Positions 35,564 through 45,663 of a stretch of 64,000 nt of DNA are shown in pieces. The first letter of the stretch is position 1, and every line of letters starts with the position of its first letter. Source of the DNA: an uncultured Clostridia bacterium (GTDB lineage Bacteria; Bacillota; Clostridia; Christensenellales; Borkfalkiaceae); assembly GCA_947627575.1 (NCBI GenBank), contig CANQWN010000003.1, positions 45,959 to 109,958 on the forward strand, read 5' to 3'. The notes beneath the pieces were generated by a model. The model saw only the letters and a list, made by a program, of their open reading frames with translations. It ran no database searches and was not told the origin of the DNA. Both the position numbers and the translations under genes were made by a program.

Positions 35564-36694
35564 ATGATTTTAAACGATCTCGAACTTAAAACTTCGCCTG
35601 CGGAAGGCGAAGTGAGGATACCCTCCGGATGCGCAATAAGCGCGGTGATAGACAGAAGCGGAAAGCGCATGACGGGCGAAAAAATAATACGTTCCATCGC
35701 CACCATGCACGATCGTTCCAACGGTCTGGGCGGCGGCTTTGCGGGTTACGGAATTTATCCGGACTATAAGGAATATTACGCCTTCCATCTGTTTTACAAC
35801 GATTTTTACAGTAAAAAACAGACGGAAGATTTTCTCATACAGCATTTTGAAATAGTTTATTCCTCCGAAATGAAAACCCGCAAACTGAAAAAAATCACCA
35901 ACGAGCCGCTTATTTACAGGTATTTCCTCTACCCGCTGTCCAAAAGGCTTGCAAACTCGCTTATGGACGAGGAGAGGTACGTGGTAAAATGCGTAAATAA
36001 GATAAACGCGGAAATAGACGGCGCGTTCGTGTTTTCCAGCGGCAAAAATATGGGCGTGTTCAAGGGCGTGGGCTATCCCGAGGACATAGGCAAATTTTAC
36101 TTATTGGACGAGGAATATTCGGGATATTCGTGGACGGCGCACGGCAGATATCCCACAAACACCCCCGGTTGGTGGGGCGGCGCGCACCCGTTCGGCTTGC
36201 TCGATTATTCGGTGGTGCACAACGGCGAAATTTCTTCTTACGACGCAAACAGAAGATATATCGAAACTTTCGGCTATAAATGTTCTTTGCAGACTGATAC
36301 CGAGGTTATAACTTACGTCATAGATTTTCTTATCCGCGTAAAAAAACTTACCTTGCAGGAAGTTGCAAAGGTAATTTCCGCCTCTTTCTGGTCCACCATA
36401 GAGGATAAGCCGGAGGAAGAGCGATACGAGGAAACTTTTTTAAGGAAGGCTTTCCCTTCGTTGCTGATAACGGGTCCGTTTTCAATAATTTTCGGCTTTA
36501 CGGGCGGGCTTATGGCGCTGAACGACAGGCTTAAACTGCGCTCCATGGTCTGCGCGGAAAAGGGCGATCTCGCCTACATATCTTCGGAAGAATGCGGTAT
36601 ACGCGTGATTGAACCCGAACTTGAGCGTGTGTTCGCCCCCGCGGGCGGGCAGCCCGTTATATATACGTTGAAGGACGGGGGGAACAGACAATGA
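35564..36694 (+). CDS. class II (Ntn) glutamine amidotransferase, archaeal-type glutamate synthase subunit 1-like
   Basis: Carries IPSGCAISAVIDRSG (a candidate nucleophile Cys) and HGRYPTNTPGWWGGAHPF...VVHNGEISSY. It is the first gene of a split GltB-like set. The start is uncertain (TTG at 35534 or ATG at 35564). Confidence 0.78.
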   Translation: MILNDLELKTSPAEGEVRIPSGCAISAVIDRSGKRMTGEKIIRSIATMHDRSNGLGGGFAGYGIYPDYKEYYAFHLFYNDFYSKKQTEDFLIQHFEIVYSSEMKTRKLKKITNEPLIYRYFLYPLSKRLANSLMDEERYVVKCVNKINAEIDGAFVFSSGKNMGVFKGVGYPEDIGKFYLLDEEYSGYSWTAHGRYPTNTPGWWGGAHPFGLLDYSVVHNGEISSYDANRRYIETFGYKCSLQTDTEVITYVIDFLIRVKKLTLQEVAKVISASFWSTIEDKPEEERYEETFLRKAFPSLLITGPFSIIFGFTGGLMALNDRLKLRSMVCAEKGDLAYISSEECGIRVIEPELERVFAPAGGQPVIYTLKDGGNRQ

Positions 36695-38199
36695 AAACTT
36701 TTATCCCCGCCGAATACGAGGTGGTGCGCGATTTTAACCTCTGCACAGCCTGCCGCCTTTGCGAAAATCAGTGCGCCAACGGCGTACATTCCTACGACGA
36801 AAAGCGCGGCGTAATGGTTGCGGACAGCCTGCAATGCGTAAACTGTCACAGGTGCGTATGCGTGTGCCCCACGCACGCGTTGAAGATAGCCAAAAGCGCG
36901 GATTGCTACCGCCCCAACGAAAACTGGTCGTCGCAGACTATGAACGAGGTTTACCGTCAGGCGGAAACGGGCGGCGTTCTGCTGTCGTCAATGGGCAATC
37001 CGGGCAAATATCCCGTCTATTTCGATAAATTGCTTGTAAACGCTTCGCAGGTTACCAACCCGCCGATTGATCCCTTGCGCGAGCCGATGGAAACCCGCGT
37101 TTTCCTCGGCAAAAAGGACGTGGAAATAAAGAGGGACATCTCCGGCAGGCTGATAGACACTATGCCGCCGCAGCTTAATTTAAAACTGCCCGTTATGTTT
37201 TCGGCGATGAGCTACGGCTCCATTTCCTACAACGCGCACGAGGCGCTTGCCCGCGCCGCCGAAATCTGCGGCACTTTCTACAACACGGGCGAGGGCGGGC
37301 TTCACCGCGATTTTTACAAGTACAGCAAAAACACGATAGTGCAGGTCGCGTCCGGGCGTTTCGGCGTTCACAGCGAATATCTCTCTGCGGCGGCGGCTAT
37401 CGAAATAAAGATGGGGCAGGGCGCAAAGCCGGGCATAGGCGGGCATCTGCCGGGTATGAAAATTTCGGACGACGTTTCCAGAACGCGTATGATACCCAAG
37501 GGCGTAGACGCCATTTCCCCCGCCCCCCATCACGATATATATTCCATAGAAGATTTGCGCCAGCTTATATACACCATAAAGGAAGCGACAGACTATTCCA
37601 AACCCGTAATAGTAAAGATAGCCGCCGTGCATAATGTCGCGGCAATCGCGTCGGGTGTTGCGCGTTCGGGCGCGGATATAATAGCGATAGACGGCTTCCG
37701 CGGCGGCACGGGCGCTTCGCCCACGCGCATACGCGACAACGTGGGCATACCCGTAGAACTTGCTTTGGCGCAGGTGGACGAACGTCTGCGGCAGGAGGGG
37801 ATACGCGACTGCGTTTCGATAATAGTAGGCGGTTCCGTAAGGTCCAGCGCGGACGTGGTAAAGGCGGTTGCCCTCGGCGCGGACGCCTGCTACATAGGCA
37901 CCGCCGCCCTGCTTGCGTTGGGTTGCCACCTGTGCAGAAGTTGCCATACGGGCAAGTGCAATTGGGGCATAGCCACCCAGCGGGAAGACCTTGTAAAGAG
38001 GCTTAACCCCGACGAGGGTTGCAAGCGCCTTGTAAACCTGCTTTCGGCGTGGAATCTCGAAATACAGGAAATGATGGGCGGAATGGGCATAAATTCGATA
38101 GAGGCTTTGCGCGGCAACAGGCTTATGTTGCGCGGCGTGGGGCTTAACGAAACGGAATTGAGGATTTTGGGCGTCCGCCACGCGGGCGAAAACGTATAA
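36691..38199 (+). CDS. glutamate synthase FMN/Fe-S domain protein with an N-terminal 2x[4Fe-4S] ferredoxin module
   Basis: Carries CTACRLCENQC...CVNCHRCVCVCP, then the GltB central-domain blocks SAMSYGSIS, KMGQGAKPGIGGHLPG, SPAPHHDIYSIEDL and DGFRGGTGASP. Confidence 0.85.
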   Translation: MKTFIPAEYEVVRDFNLCTACRLCENQCANGVHSYDEKRGVMVADSLQCVNCHRCVCVCPTHALKIAKSADCYRPNENWSSQTMNEVYRQAETGGVLLSSMGNPGKYPVYFDKLLVNASQVTNPPIDPLREPMETRVFLGKKDVEIKRDISGRLIDTMPPQLNLKLPVMFSAMSYGSISYNAHEALARAAEICGTFYNTGEGGLHRDFYKYSKNTIVQVASGRFGVHSEYLSAAAAIEIKMGQGAKPGIGGHLPGMKISDDVSRTRMIPKGVDAISPAPHHDIYSIEDLRQLIYTIKEATDYSKPVIVKIAAVHNVAAIASGVARSGADIIAIDGFRGGTGASPTRIRDNVGIPVELALAQVDERLRQEGIRDCVSIIVGGSVRSSADVVKAVALGADACYIGTAALLALGCHLCRSCHTGKCNWGIATQREDLVKRLNPDEGCKRLVNLLSAWNLEIQEMMGGMGINSIEALRGNRLMLRGVGLNETELRILGVRHAGENV

Positions 38200-38244
38200 C
38201 GCCGCATAAAGCGGAAAAATAAAAAATTCAAGGGTGAACCGAAA

Positions 38245-39525
38245 ATGTTGACAAGTATCTGTGGAATCAATTGGGGCGACGAAGGCAAGGGCAGGATGGT
38301 AGACCTGCTTTCACGCGATTTCGACGTGGTGTGCCGCTATCAGGGCGGAAACAACGCCGGGCATACGGTTATAAACGAAAAGGGCAAATTTATCCTTAAT
38401 CTTCTGCCGTCCGGCATCTTGCGCGAAAACGTGGTAAACGTTTTGGGTTGCGGAATGGTGATAGATTTAAAGCACCTGTGCGGCGAGATGGAACGTCTGC
38501 GCGCGGGCGGCATAGCCATTTCGCCCGAAAATTTAAAGATAAGCGATAAAGCCATTATAACTATGCCCTACCACATTTTGCAGGACGTAATGGAAGAGGA
38601 CAGGTTGCAAAAAGCCACGGGCAAGCCCTACGGTTCCACACGCCGCGGCATTTCCCCCGTATATGCGGACAAATATATGAAAAAGGCTTTCCGCATGGGC
38701 GAACTTTTAAATCCCGACCTGTTGTATTCCCGCCTTTCCGACATTGTGGATTGGAAAAATATGACGATAAAGGCGTATGGGTTCACCCCCGTCACCGCCG
38801 CGGAAATGCGCGAATATTTTGAAAAATACGGCGCGCCGTTGAAGGATTATATATGCGATGTAAGCGTATATCTCAACAAAGCCGCCGCAGAGGGCAAAAA
38901 GATAATGTTCGAGGCGCAGTTGGGCGCATTGCGCGATATCGATTACGGCATAGTCCCCTACACCTCGTCGTCATCCACCATAGCGGCTTACGCCCCCATA
39001 GGCGCGGGCGTGCCCAACCTCAAACTCGACAACTCGATAGGAATTATGAAAGCGTATTCAAGTTGCGTCGGCGCGGGTCCCTTCACCTGCGAATATTTCG
39101 GCGAAAAGGCGGAACGCCTGCGCGAGTTGGGCGGAGAGTACGGCGCAGCCACGGGCAGACCGAGAAGGGTTGGACCTTTCGACGTGGTGGCGTCCCGCTA
39201 CGGCATACGTTGCCAGGGCGCGGACGAAATAGCGCTTACAAAGCTGGACGTTCTGGACAGCTATGAAGAGATTGAAATCTGCACCCATTACGAGCTGAAC
39301 GGTAAAATCCTCGACGAATTTCCTTTCACCGACGTCCTCGATTACTGCAAGCCCGTATTTGAAAAAGTAAAGGGCTGGAACTGCGACATTTCCGCTTGCA
39401 GAAAAAAGGAAGATTTGCCCAAGGAAGCCCTTGATTATATCGCATTGCTTGAAAAGTTGTGCGGTTGCAGGATAAAATACGTATCCGTCGGGGCGGAAAG
39501 GGACGCTTACGTAAAGATGTATTGA
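38245..39525 (+). CDS. purA: adenylosuccinate synthetase
   Basis: 426 aa. PurA blocks are present with some divergence: NWGDEGKGRMVD, YQGGNNAGHTV, GSTRRGISPVYADK, GAATGRPRRVGPFD and LTKLDVL. Confidence 0.85.
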   Translation: MLTSICGINWGDEGKGRMVDLLSRDFDVVCRYQGGNNAGHTVINEKGKFILNLLPSGILRENVVNVLGCGMVIDLKHLCGEMERLRAGGIAISPENLKISDKAIITMPYHILQDVMEEDRLQKATGKPYGSTRRGISPVYADKYMKKAFRMGELLNPDLLYSRLSDIVDWKNMTIKAYGFTPVTAAEMREYFEKYGAPLKDYICDVSVYLNKAAAEGKKIMFEAQLGALRDIDYGIVPYTSSSSTIAAYAPIGAGVPNLKLDNSIGIMKAYSSCVGAGPFTCEYFGEKAERLRELGGEYGAATGRPRRVGPFDVVASRYGIRCQGADEIALTKLDVLDSYEEIEICTHYELNGKILDEFPFTDVLDYCKPVFEKVKGWNCDISACRKKEDLPKEALDYIALLEKLCGCRIKYVSVGAERDAYVKMY

Positions 39526-39552
39526 TTGCGCATACGGCGCGGAAATTGATTT

Positions 39553-40281
39553 ATGGAAATAAACGTAGACGAAAACGTGGGTTTTGCCGCGCTTAACAGG
39601 CGCATAAGGGAAACCGCGGAAAAACAGATAACCGTAAACGGAATAATAGGACAGCGTTACGTCGCCACGGGGCTTTCGGATAAAACCGTCACCCTCTGCG
39701 GCACGCCCGGCAACGCGCTGGGTTCGTACCTCAACGGCGGAACGGTCGTCGTTTACGGCAACGCGCAGGACGCCACGGGCGACACTATGAACGGCGGAAA
39801 AATAATAATTCACGGCAACGCGGGCGACGCCACGGGCTACGCTATGCGCGGCGGAAAAATTTACGTAAAGGGCAATACGGGTTACCGCGCGGGCATCCAT
39901 ATGAAGGCGTATATGGATCTCAAACCCGTGCTTGTGATAGGCGGCAGGGCGGGTTCGTTCCTCGGCGAATATCAGGCGGGCGGGATAATAGCCGTGTTGG
40001 GTTGTAACGACGACGGATTGCCGATAATCAACAATTTCTGCGGCACGGGTATGCACGGCGGCACGATATATTTAAGGTGCGATAAACTTCCCAAAAGGTT
40101 ACCCTCGCAGGTATCCGTGGAAAGCCGCACGGGTGGGGATATTCCCGAATTAAAGGAAATTTTAACCGACTATTGCGCCTGCTTTCCCGAATTTGAACTT
40201 CCCGCACTGCTTAAAAGCGTGTTTCAGGTTCTCACGCCCAACGTCGCAAACCCCTATAAAAAAATGTACACAAACAATTAA
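39553..40281 (+). CDS. GXGXG-motif protein (glutamate synthase alpha-subunit C-terminal domain-like)
   Basis: 242 aa of beta-helix repeats: GTPGNALGSYLNGGTVVVYGNAQDATGDTMNGGKIIIHGNAGDATGYAMRGGKIYVKGNTGYRAG. Confidence 0.8.
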   Translation: MEINVDENVGFAALNRRIRETAEKQITVNGIIGQRYVATGLSDKTVTLCGTPGNALGSYLNGGTVVVYGNAQDATGDTMNGGKIIIHGNAGDATGYAMRGGKIYVKGNTGYRAGIHMKAYMDLKPVLVIGGRAGSFLGEYQAGGIIAVLGCNDDGLPIINNFCGTGMHGGTIYLRCDKLPKRLPSQVSVESRTGGDIPELKEILTDYCACFPEFELPALLKSVFQVLTPNVANPYKKMYTNN

Positions 40282-40286
40282 AACAA

Positions 40287-40316
40287 TCCTCCGCAAAAAA
40301 AGCGGGGGATATTTTT
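40287..40316 (+). terminator. rho-independent terminator
   Basis: ATCCTCCGC-A7-GCGGGGGAT followed by ATTTTT. Confidence 0.55.
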
Positions 40317-40404
40317 ATGTTATTTTAAAAAATTTCGCCCTTTTAATTGCAAGTTGGCGTCAATTAATGGTATAATAATTTAAATAATTTTTGCTACGGT
40401 GATT

Positions 40405-41235
40405 ATGAAATTTTATAAGATGCACGGCACTGGCAACGACTATATCTATTTCGATTGCATGCACACGCAGATAGAACATCCCGAACGGCTTGCCGTAACC
40501 CTTTCGGACAGGCACAAATCGATAGGCGGCGACGGGGTTATCCTGCTTTGCCCGTCGGACAAGGCGGATTGCAAGATGCGGATGTTCAACGCCGACGGTT
40601 CGGAAGGGAAGATGTGCGGCAACGGCATAAGGTGCGTGGGCAAACTTGCGCACGACCTCGGCTACGTAAAAGGCGACAGCTGTACCGTGGAAACGCTTTC
40701 GGGCGTTAAAAAACTCGATTTTTTCATTTCCGGCGGCAAGGTAAAGGCGGCTACGGTAAATATGGGTATGCCCGTATTGCAGGGCGAAAAAATCCCCTCG
40801 CTTTTCACGGGCGATAAAATAGTAAACCAGCCGCTTGTGGCGGACGGCGAAACTTATTACGTCACCCTCGTCAATATGGGCAATCCCCACTGCGTGGTGT
40901 TCGTCCCGCCCGAAAATCTCGAACTCGAAAAGATAGGTCCCGCCTTTGAAAACCATCCCGCATTCCCCGAAAGGATAAACACTTCCTTCGTCAGGGTTAT
41001 AGACGAACATAACCTTAAAATGCGCGTGTGGGAAAGGGGCAGCGGAGAAACGCTTGCCTGCGGCACGGGCGCGTGCGCGGTTACGGTTGCGGCTGTACTC
41101 AACGGCTATTGCAAGCGCAACGAGGAGGTTTGCGTATCCTTGAAAGGCGGAAATCTTCACATAAAGTACGCGGACGACGCCGTGTATATGACGGGCGACG
41201 CAACGCTTGTGTTTACGGGCGAAACCGAAATCTGA
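40405..41235 (+). CDS. dapF: diaminopimelate epimerase
   Basis: Starts MKFYKMHGTGNDYIYFD. Both catalytic Cys contexts are present: MCGNGIRC and LACGTGACA. Confidence 0.9.
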   Translation: MKFYKMHGTGNDYIYFDCMHTQIEHPERLAVTLSDRHKSIGGDGVILLCPSDKADCKMRMFNADGSEGKMCGNGIRCVGKLAHDLGYVKGDSCTVETLSGVKKLDFFISGGKVKAATVNMGMPVLQGEKIPSLFTGDKIVNQPLVADGETYYVTLVNMGNPHCVVFVPPENLELEKIGPAFENHPAFPERINTSFVRVIDEHNLKMRVWERGSGETLACGTGACAVTVAAVLNGYCKRNEEVCVSLKGGNLHIKYADDAVYMTGDATLVFTGETEI

Positions 41236-41317
41236 AATAATCGTAAGGGCTGTTGCGGCGTAAAGGACGTAAACTGCCGCAATAAAATAAAATCGTAAAT
41301 AAATACAGAGAGGACAT

Positions 41318-42916
41318 ATGACAAAGTATATTTTCGTTACGGGGGGCGTGGTATCAGGGCTCGGCAAAGGAATAACCGCCGCGTCTTTGGGCAGATTGCT
41401 TAAATGCAGAGGCTATAAGGTGGCTTCCCAAAAACTCGATCCCTACATAAATATTGACCCGGGCACGATGAGCCCTTACCAGCACGGCGAAGTTTTCGTC
41501 ACCGACGACGGCGCCGAAACAGACCTCGATTTGGGGCATTACGAAAGGTTCATCGACGAAAACCTGAACAAGTATTCCAACCTTACCACGGGAAAGGTGT
41601 ATTGGAACGTTCTCAACAAGGAACGCAACGGCGAATATCTCGGGCAGACGGTTCAGGTAATTCCGCACGTCACAAACGAAATAAAAAGTTTTATATACAA
41701 CGTTGGCAAAACAAGCAGCGCCGACGTGGTTATAACCGAAATAGGCGGCACGATAGGCGATATCGAAAGCCAGCCCTTTATCGAAGCTATCAGGCAGGTA
41801 GCTCGGGAAGTGGGCAGGGAAAACTGCTGTTTTATACACGTAACGCTTGTGCCCTATATCTCCGGTTCGGAAGAGTTCAAGTCCAAACCCACCCAACATT
41901 CCGTAAAGGAATTGCAGGGTATGGGCATCACTCCCGATATAATAATCGCCCGCGTAGACGCGCCTATGCCCAAAGAGGTACGCGCAAAAATTGCAATGTT
42001 TTGCAACGTCGAACCCGAATGTTGTATAGAAAATATGACTATGCCCGTTCTGTATCAATGCCCCATAATGCTTGAGGACAGCAATTTTTCCGAAATAGTC
42101 TGCAAAAAACTTCGGCTCGATCCGCGGGTGATAGACCTCACCGAATGGAATAAAATGCTCCACCGCATAGCCGCGCGCGACAAAAAGGTTACAATTGCGC
42201 TATGCGGCAAGTATGTGCAACTGCACGACGCGTACCTTTCCGTTGCGGAAGCCCTCGCGCACGCCGGTTACGAAAACGCGGCGGAGGTAAAGATAAAGTG
42301 GGTGGATTCCGAAGCCCTTACCGAAGCTAACGTCGCGGAGAACCTGTCGGACGCGGACGGGATACTCGTCCCCGGCGGTTTCGGCGGCAGGGGGGTAGAG
42401 GGCAAAGTGCTTTGCGCAAAGTACGCGCGCGAAAACAACATACCCTATCTCGGCATATGTTTGGGCATGCAGACGGCGGTTATAGAATACGCCCGCAACG
42501 TGTTGGGCTATAAGGACGCAAATTCTTCCGAATTCAACCCCGATTCCAAACACTGCGTAATAGACCTTATGCCCGATCAGCACGGCGTAAAGATGGGCGG
42601 CACGATGCGCCTCGGCGCGTATCCCTGCAAGGTGTTGGGGAATATAATGAAGAGGGCGTACGGCGCGGACGAAATATCCGAACGCCACCGCCACAGATAT
42701 GAATTCAACAACGATTTCCGCAAAGAGATGGAGGAAGCGGGTATGCAGATAGCGGGCACTTCCCCGGACGGGCTTTTGGTGGAAGCTGTGGAAATACCTT
42801 CCTGCGATTTCTTCATAGGCGTGCAGTTCCATCCCGAATTCAAATCCCGCCCGCAGGCGGCGCACCCCGTATTCCGCGAATTTATAAAGGCGGCTGTAAA
42901 GAGGAACAAATCATAA
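41318..42916 (+). CDS. pyrG: CTP synthase
   Basis: Starts [25 protein letters not shown]. The C-terminal GATase has GICLGMQ and FHPEF. Confidence 0.95.
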   Translation: MTKYIFVTGGVVSGLGKGITAASLGRLLKCRGYKVASQKLDPYINIDPGTMSPYQHGEVFVTDDGAETDLDLGHYERFIDENLNKYSNLTTGKVYWNVLNKERNGEYLGQTVQVIPHVTNEIKSFIYNVGKTSSADVVITEIGGTIGDIESQPFIEAIRQVAREVGRENCCFIHVTLVPYISGSEEFKSKPTQHSVKELQGMGITPDIIIARVDAPMPKEVRAKIAMFCNVEPECCIENMTMPVLYQCPIMLEDSNFSEIVCKKLRLDPRVIDLTEWNKMLHRIAARDKKVTIALCGKYVQLHDAYLSVAEALAHAGYENAAEVKIKWVDSEALTEANVAENLSDADGILVPGGFGGRGVEGKVLCAKYARENNIPYLGICLGMQTAVIEYARNVLGYKDANSSEFNPDSKHCVIDLMPDQHGVKMGGTMRLGAYPCKVLGNIMKRAYGADEISERHRHRYEFNNDFRKEMEEAGMQIAGTSPDGLLVEAVEIPSCDFFIGVQFHPEFKSRPQAAHPVFREFIKAAVKRNKS

Positions 42917-42917
42917 A

Positions 42918-44093
42918 ATGCAGTTCAATTCCAATTTCAACGACATTGCCGAAAGTTATCTGTTTGCCGAGGTTGCAAAGCGCGCCCAAAGCTACGGCGA
43001 AAGTCATCCCGATAAAAAAATTCTTCGGTTGGGCATAGGCGACGTAACGTTGCCCCTCGCCCCCGCCGTAATAAGCGCCATGCATTCCGCCGTGGACGAG
43101 ATGTCGCGCAAGCAGTCTTTCCGCGGCTACGGTCCCTATGAGGGCTACGATTTCCTGCGCGAAAAAATACGCGGATATTATGCTTCCTTCGGCGTGGACG
43201 CCGGTATGGACGAAATATTCGTCTCCGACGGGGCAAAGTCCGATTTGGGCAACATATTGGATATCTTTTCGCCCGGCGGCGTAGCGCTTATACCCGATCC
43301 CGTCTATCCCGTATACGTGGATACAAATCTTATGGCGGGCAGAAAGACGGTTTTTGCCGCGGCGGACAGGGGGAACGGCTTTCTCCCCTTGCCGGATAAT
43401 TCGGTAAATGCGGATATAATCTATATATGCTCCCCCAACAACCCCACGGGGGCTGTGTACGATTTCGGCGGGCTTAAAAGTTGGGTGGATTACGCAAATT
43501 CCCGCGGTGCGGTTATTTTGTTCGACGCCGCATACGAATGTTTCGTCCACGGCAATCTTCCCCGTTCCATCTATCAGATAGAGGGGGCGCGCACCTGCGC
43601 GATAGAATTTTGCTCGTTTTCCAAAATAGCGGGCTTTACGGGCACCCGTTGCGGCTATACCGTTATCCCGCGCGAGCTGGTAAGGGGCGGGCTTTCCGCA
43701 AACAAATTGTGGCTCCGCCGCCAAAGCACAAAATTCAACGGCGTATCGTACGTCGTCCAGCGCGGCGCGGAAGCGGTGTTTTCGCCCGAGGGTATGTCGC
43801 AGATAAAGCAAAACCTAAAAGTGTATGAAAACAACGCAAAACTCATTTCCGATTGTCTGGACGGTTTGGGGATATACTATACGGGCGGAAAAAATTCGCC
43901 CTACGTCTGGCTGGAATGTCCCGGCGAAAGGGACAGTTGGCGGTTTTTCGATAAATTGCTGGAAGAGGCGCAGGTGGTTGGCACCCCGGGCGCAGGTTTC
44001 GGCAAAAACGGCGAGGGATATTTCCGCTTGACCGCGTTCGGCAGTCCCGAAGTTACGGCAGAGGCGGTAGAAAGAATAAAAAAATTATTTTAA
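42918..44093 (+). CDS. dapL: LL-diaminopimelate aminotransferase (class I aminotransferase)
   Basis: 391 aa. It has the DapL-like N-terminus NSNFNDIAESYLFAEVAKR and the PLP lysine context FSFSKIAGFTGTRCGY. It clusters with dapF. Confidence 0.8.
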   Translation: MQFNSNFNDIAESYLFAEVAKRAQSYGESHPDKKILRLGIGDVTLPLAPAVISAMHSAVDEMSRKQSFRGYGPYEGYDFLREKIRGYYASFGVDAGMDEIFVSDGAKSDLGNILDIFSPGGVALIPDPVYPVYVDTNLMAGRKTVFAAADRGNGFLPLPDNSVNADIIYICSPNNPTGAVYDFGGLKSWVDYANSRGAVILFDAAYECFVHGNLPRSIYQIEGARTCAIEFCSFSKIAGFTGTRCGYTVIPRELVRGGLSANKLWLRRQSTKFNGVSYVVQRGAEAVFSPEGMSQIKQNLKVYENNAKLISDCLDGLGIYYTGGKNSPYVWLECPGERDSWRFFDKLLEEAQVVGTPGAGFGKNGEGYFRLTAFGSPEVTAEAVERIKKLF

Positions 44094-44101
44094 GGTGGAA
44101 A

Positions 44102-45604
44102 ATGGAAACTGAAAGCAAGCGGGCGTCCGGCATACTGATGCATATATCGTCGCTTCCGAACAGGTACGGCATAGGCTCTCTCGGCAAGGAAGCGTACGGG
44201 TTTGTGGATTTTCTCGCAAAATCTCACGTTAAATATTGGCAGATTCTTCCTCTCGCGCAGACGGGGTTCGGCGATTCGCCCTATCAATCCGTGTGCGCAA
44301 ATTCGGGCAACCCCTATTTTATAGACCTCGAAGGGCTGAAAGAGGACGGCTTGCTTGACGGCGAAGAGCTTGAAAGCGCGGTAGTCCCCGAAGAGGAAGT
44401 GGATTACGCCGCGCTTTACGAAAGCCGCTATAACCTTCTGCGCCTTGCGTACGCGCGCTTCGATATCAAGGACAAGCATTTTGTGAAATTTATCGAAAGC
44501 GGAGAATTTGAGGATTACGCGCTGTTTATGTCGCTTAAAAGCCGTTACGGCGGCACGTTTGACGCATTTCCGGACGCGTATAAGTACAAGGAACACCTCG
44601 CCATATTCGAATTCCGCCGCACGGTGTATAAAAGCGACTATTGCTTCTGGCTGTTTTTGCAATATATATTCAGAAAACAGTGGTTAAAGTTAAAGCAATA
44701 CGCCAACCTGAAAGGGGTTAAAATTATCGGCGACCTGCCGCTTTACGTCGCGTACGATTCATCCGACGTGTGGGGCAGACCCGAACTTTTCGCTTTGGAC
44801 GAAGAGTTGAAGCCCGTGGACGTGGCGGGCGTTCCCCCCGATTATTTTTCTCAAAAAGGACAGCTTTGGGGCAACCCGCTGTACAATTGGGACGCGATGA
44901 AAGCCGAAAATTACGATTGGTGGATCAAGAGAATGGCTTCCGCCGCGAAGATGTACGACGTGATAAGGATAGACCATTTCCGCGGCTTCGACAGATATTA
45001 CGCCATCCCCGCGGACAGCGAAACAGCCGAGCGCGGGCGTTGGCTTCCCGGACCGGGACTGCGCTTTTTCGAAATACTTAAAAGACGTCTCGGCGACGTG
45101 CGCATAATAGCCGAAGATTTGGGCGAAATAGACGCCGGCGTGGTGAAATTGCGCGCGCGTACGGGCTATCCCGGGATGAAAATACTTCAATTCGCTTTCG
45201 ACGGCAAGGTAAGCAACCTTCATCTGCCCGCAAATTACGACGAAAACTGCGTGGTATACACGGGCACGCACGATAACGATACCTGCGTGGGCTTTATCGA
45301 AAAACTCGATAAGCAGCAGTACGCCGCGCTTAAAAAGCGCCTGCGCGCTTCGCTTGCAGAAGAGGGGGTAAATTACCCGTTGGCTTCTGTAAACGACGTG
45401 GCTATGGGTATGGTTATCTGCGCCATGGCAAGCAAAGCCGATCTTGCCGTAATACCGTTGCAGGATCTGTTGCTTTTGGGCGGCGCCGCCCGCATGAATC
45501 TGCCGTCCTCGCGGGAAGGGAATTGGCGTTTCCGCATAAAGGAAATGCCCACCCGGATCAATTCCGCGGTGATGCGCAAAATGGTTAAACATTTCGGAAG
45601 ATAA
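44102..45604 (+). CDS. malQ: 4-alpha-glucanotransferase (amylomaltase, GH77)
   Basis: 500 aa. Carries RASGILMHISSLPNRYGIGSLG, GDSPYQS, IRIDHFRGF, IAEDLG and YTGTHDND. Confidence 0.9.
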   Translation: METESKRASGILMHISSLPNRYGIGSLGKEAYGFVDFLAKSHVKYWQILPLAQTGFGDSPYQSVCANSGNPYFIDLEGLKEDGLLDGEELESAVVPEEEVDYAALYESRYNLLRLAYARFDIKDKHFVKFIESGEFEDYALFMSLKSRYGGTFDAFPDAYKYKEHLAIFEFRRTVYKSDYCFWLFLQYIFRKQWLKLKQYANLKGVKIIGDLPLYVAYDSSDVWGRPELFALDEELKPVDVAGVPPDYFSQKGQLWGNPLYNWDAMKAENYDWWIKRMASAAKMYDVIRIDHFRGFDRYYAIPADSETAERGRWLPGPGLRFFEILKRRLGDVRIIAEDLGEIDAGVVKLRARTGYPGMKILQFAFDGKVSNLHLPANYDENCVVYTGTHDNDTCVGFIEKLDKQQYAALKKRLRASLAEEGVNYPLASVNDVAMGMVICAMASKADLAVIPLQDLLLLGGAARMNLPSSREGNWRFRIKEMPTRINSAVMRKMVKHFGR

Positions 45605-45640
45605 AAAAACGTTCCGCAATAAAATGCGGAACGTTTTTTT
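45603..45640. terminator. bidirectional terminator between convergent malQ and spoIIE
   Basis: A7-CGTTCCGCA-loop-TGCGGAACG-T7. Confidence 0.7.
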
Positions 45641-45663
45641 ATTATTTATTCGCAAACAAATAG

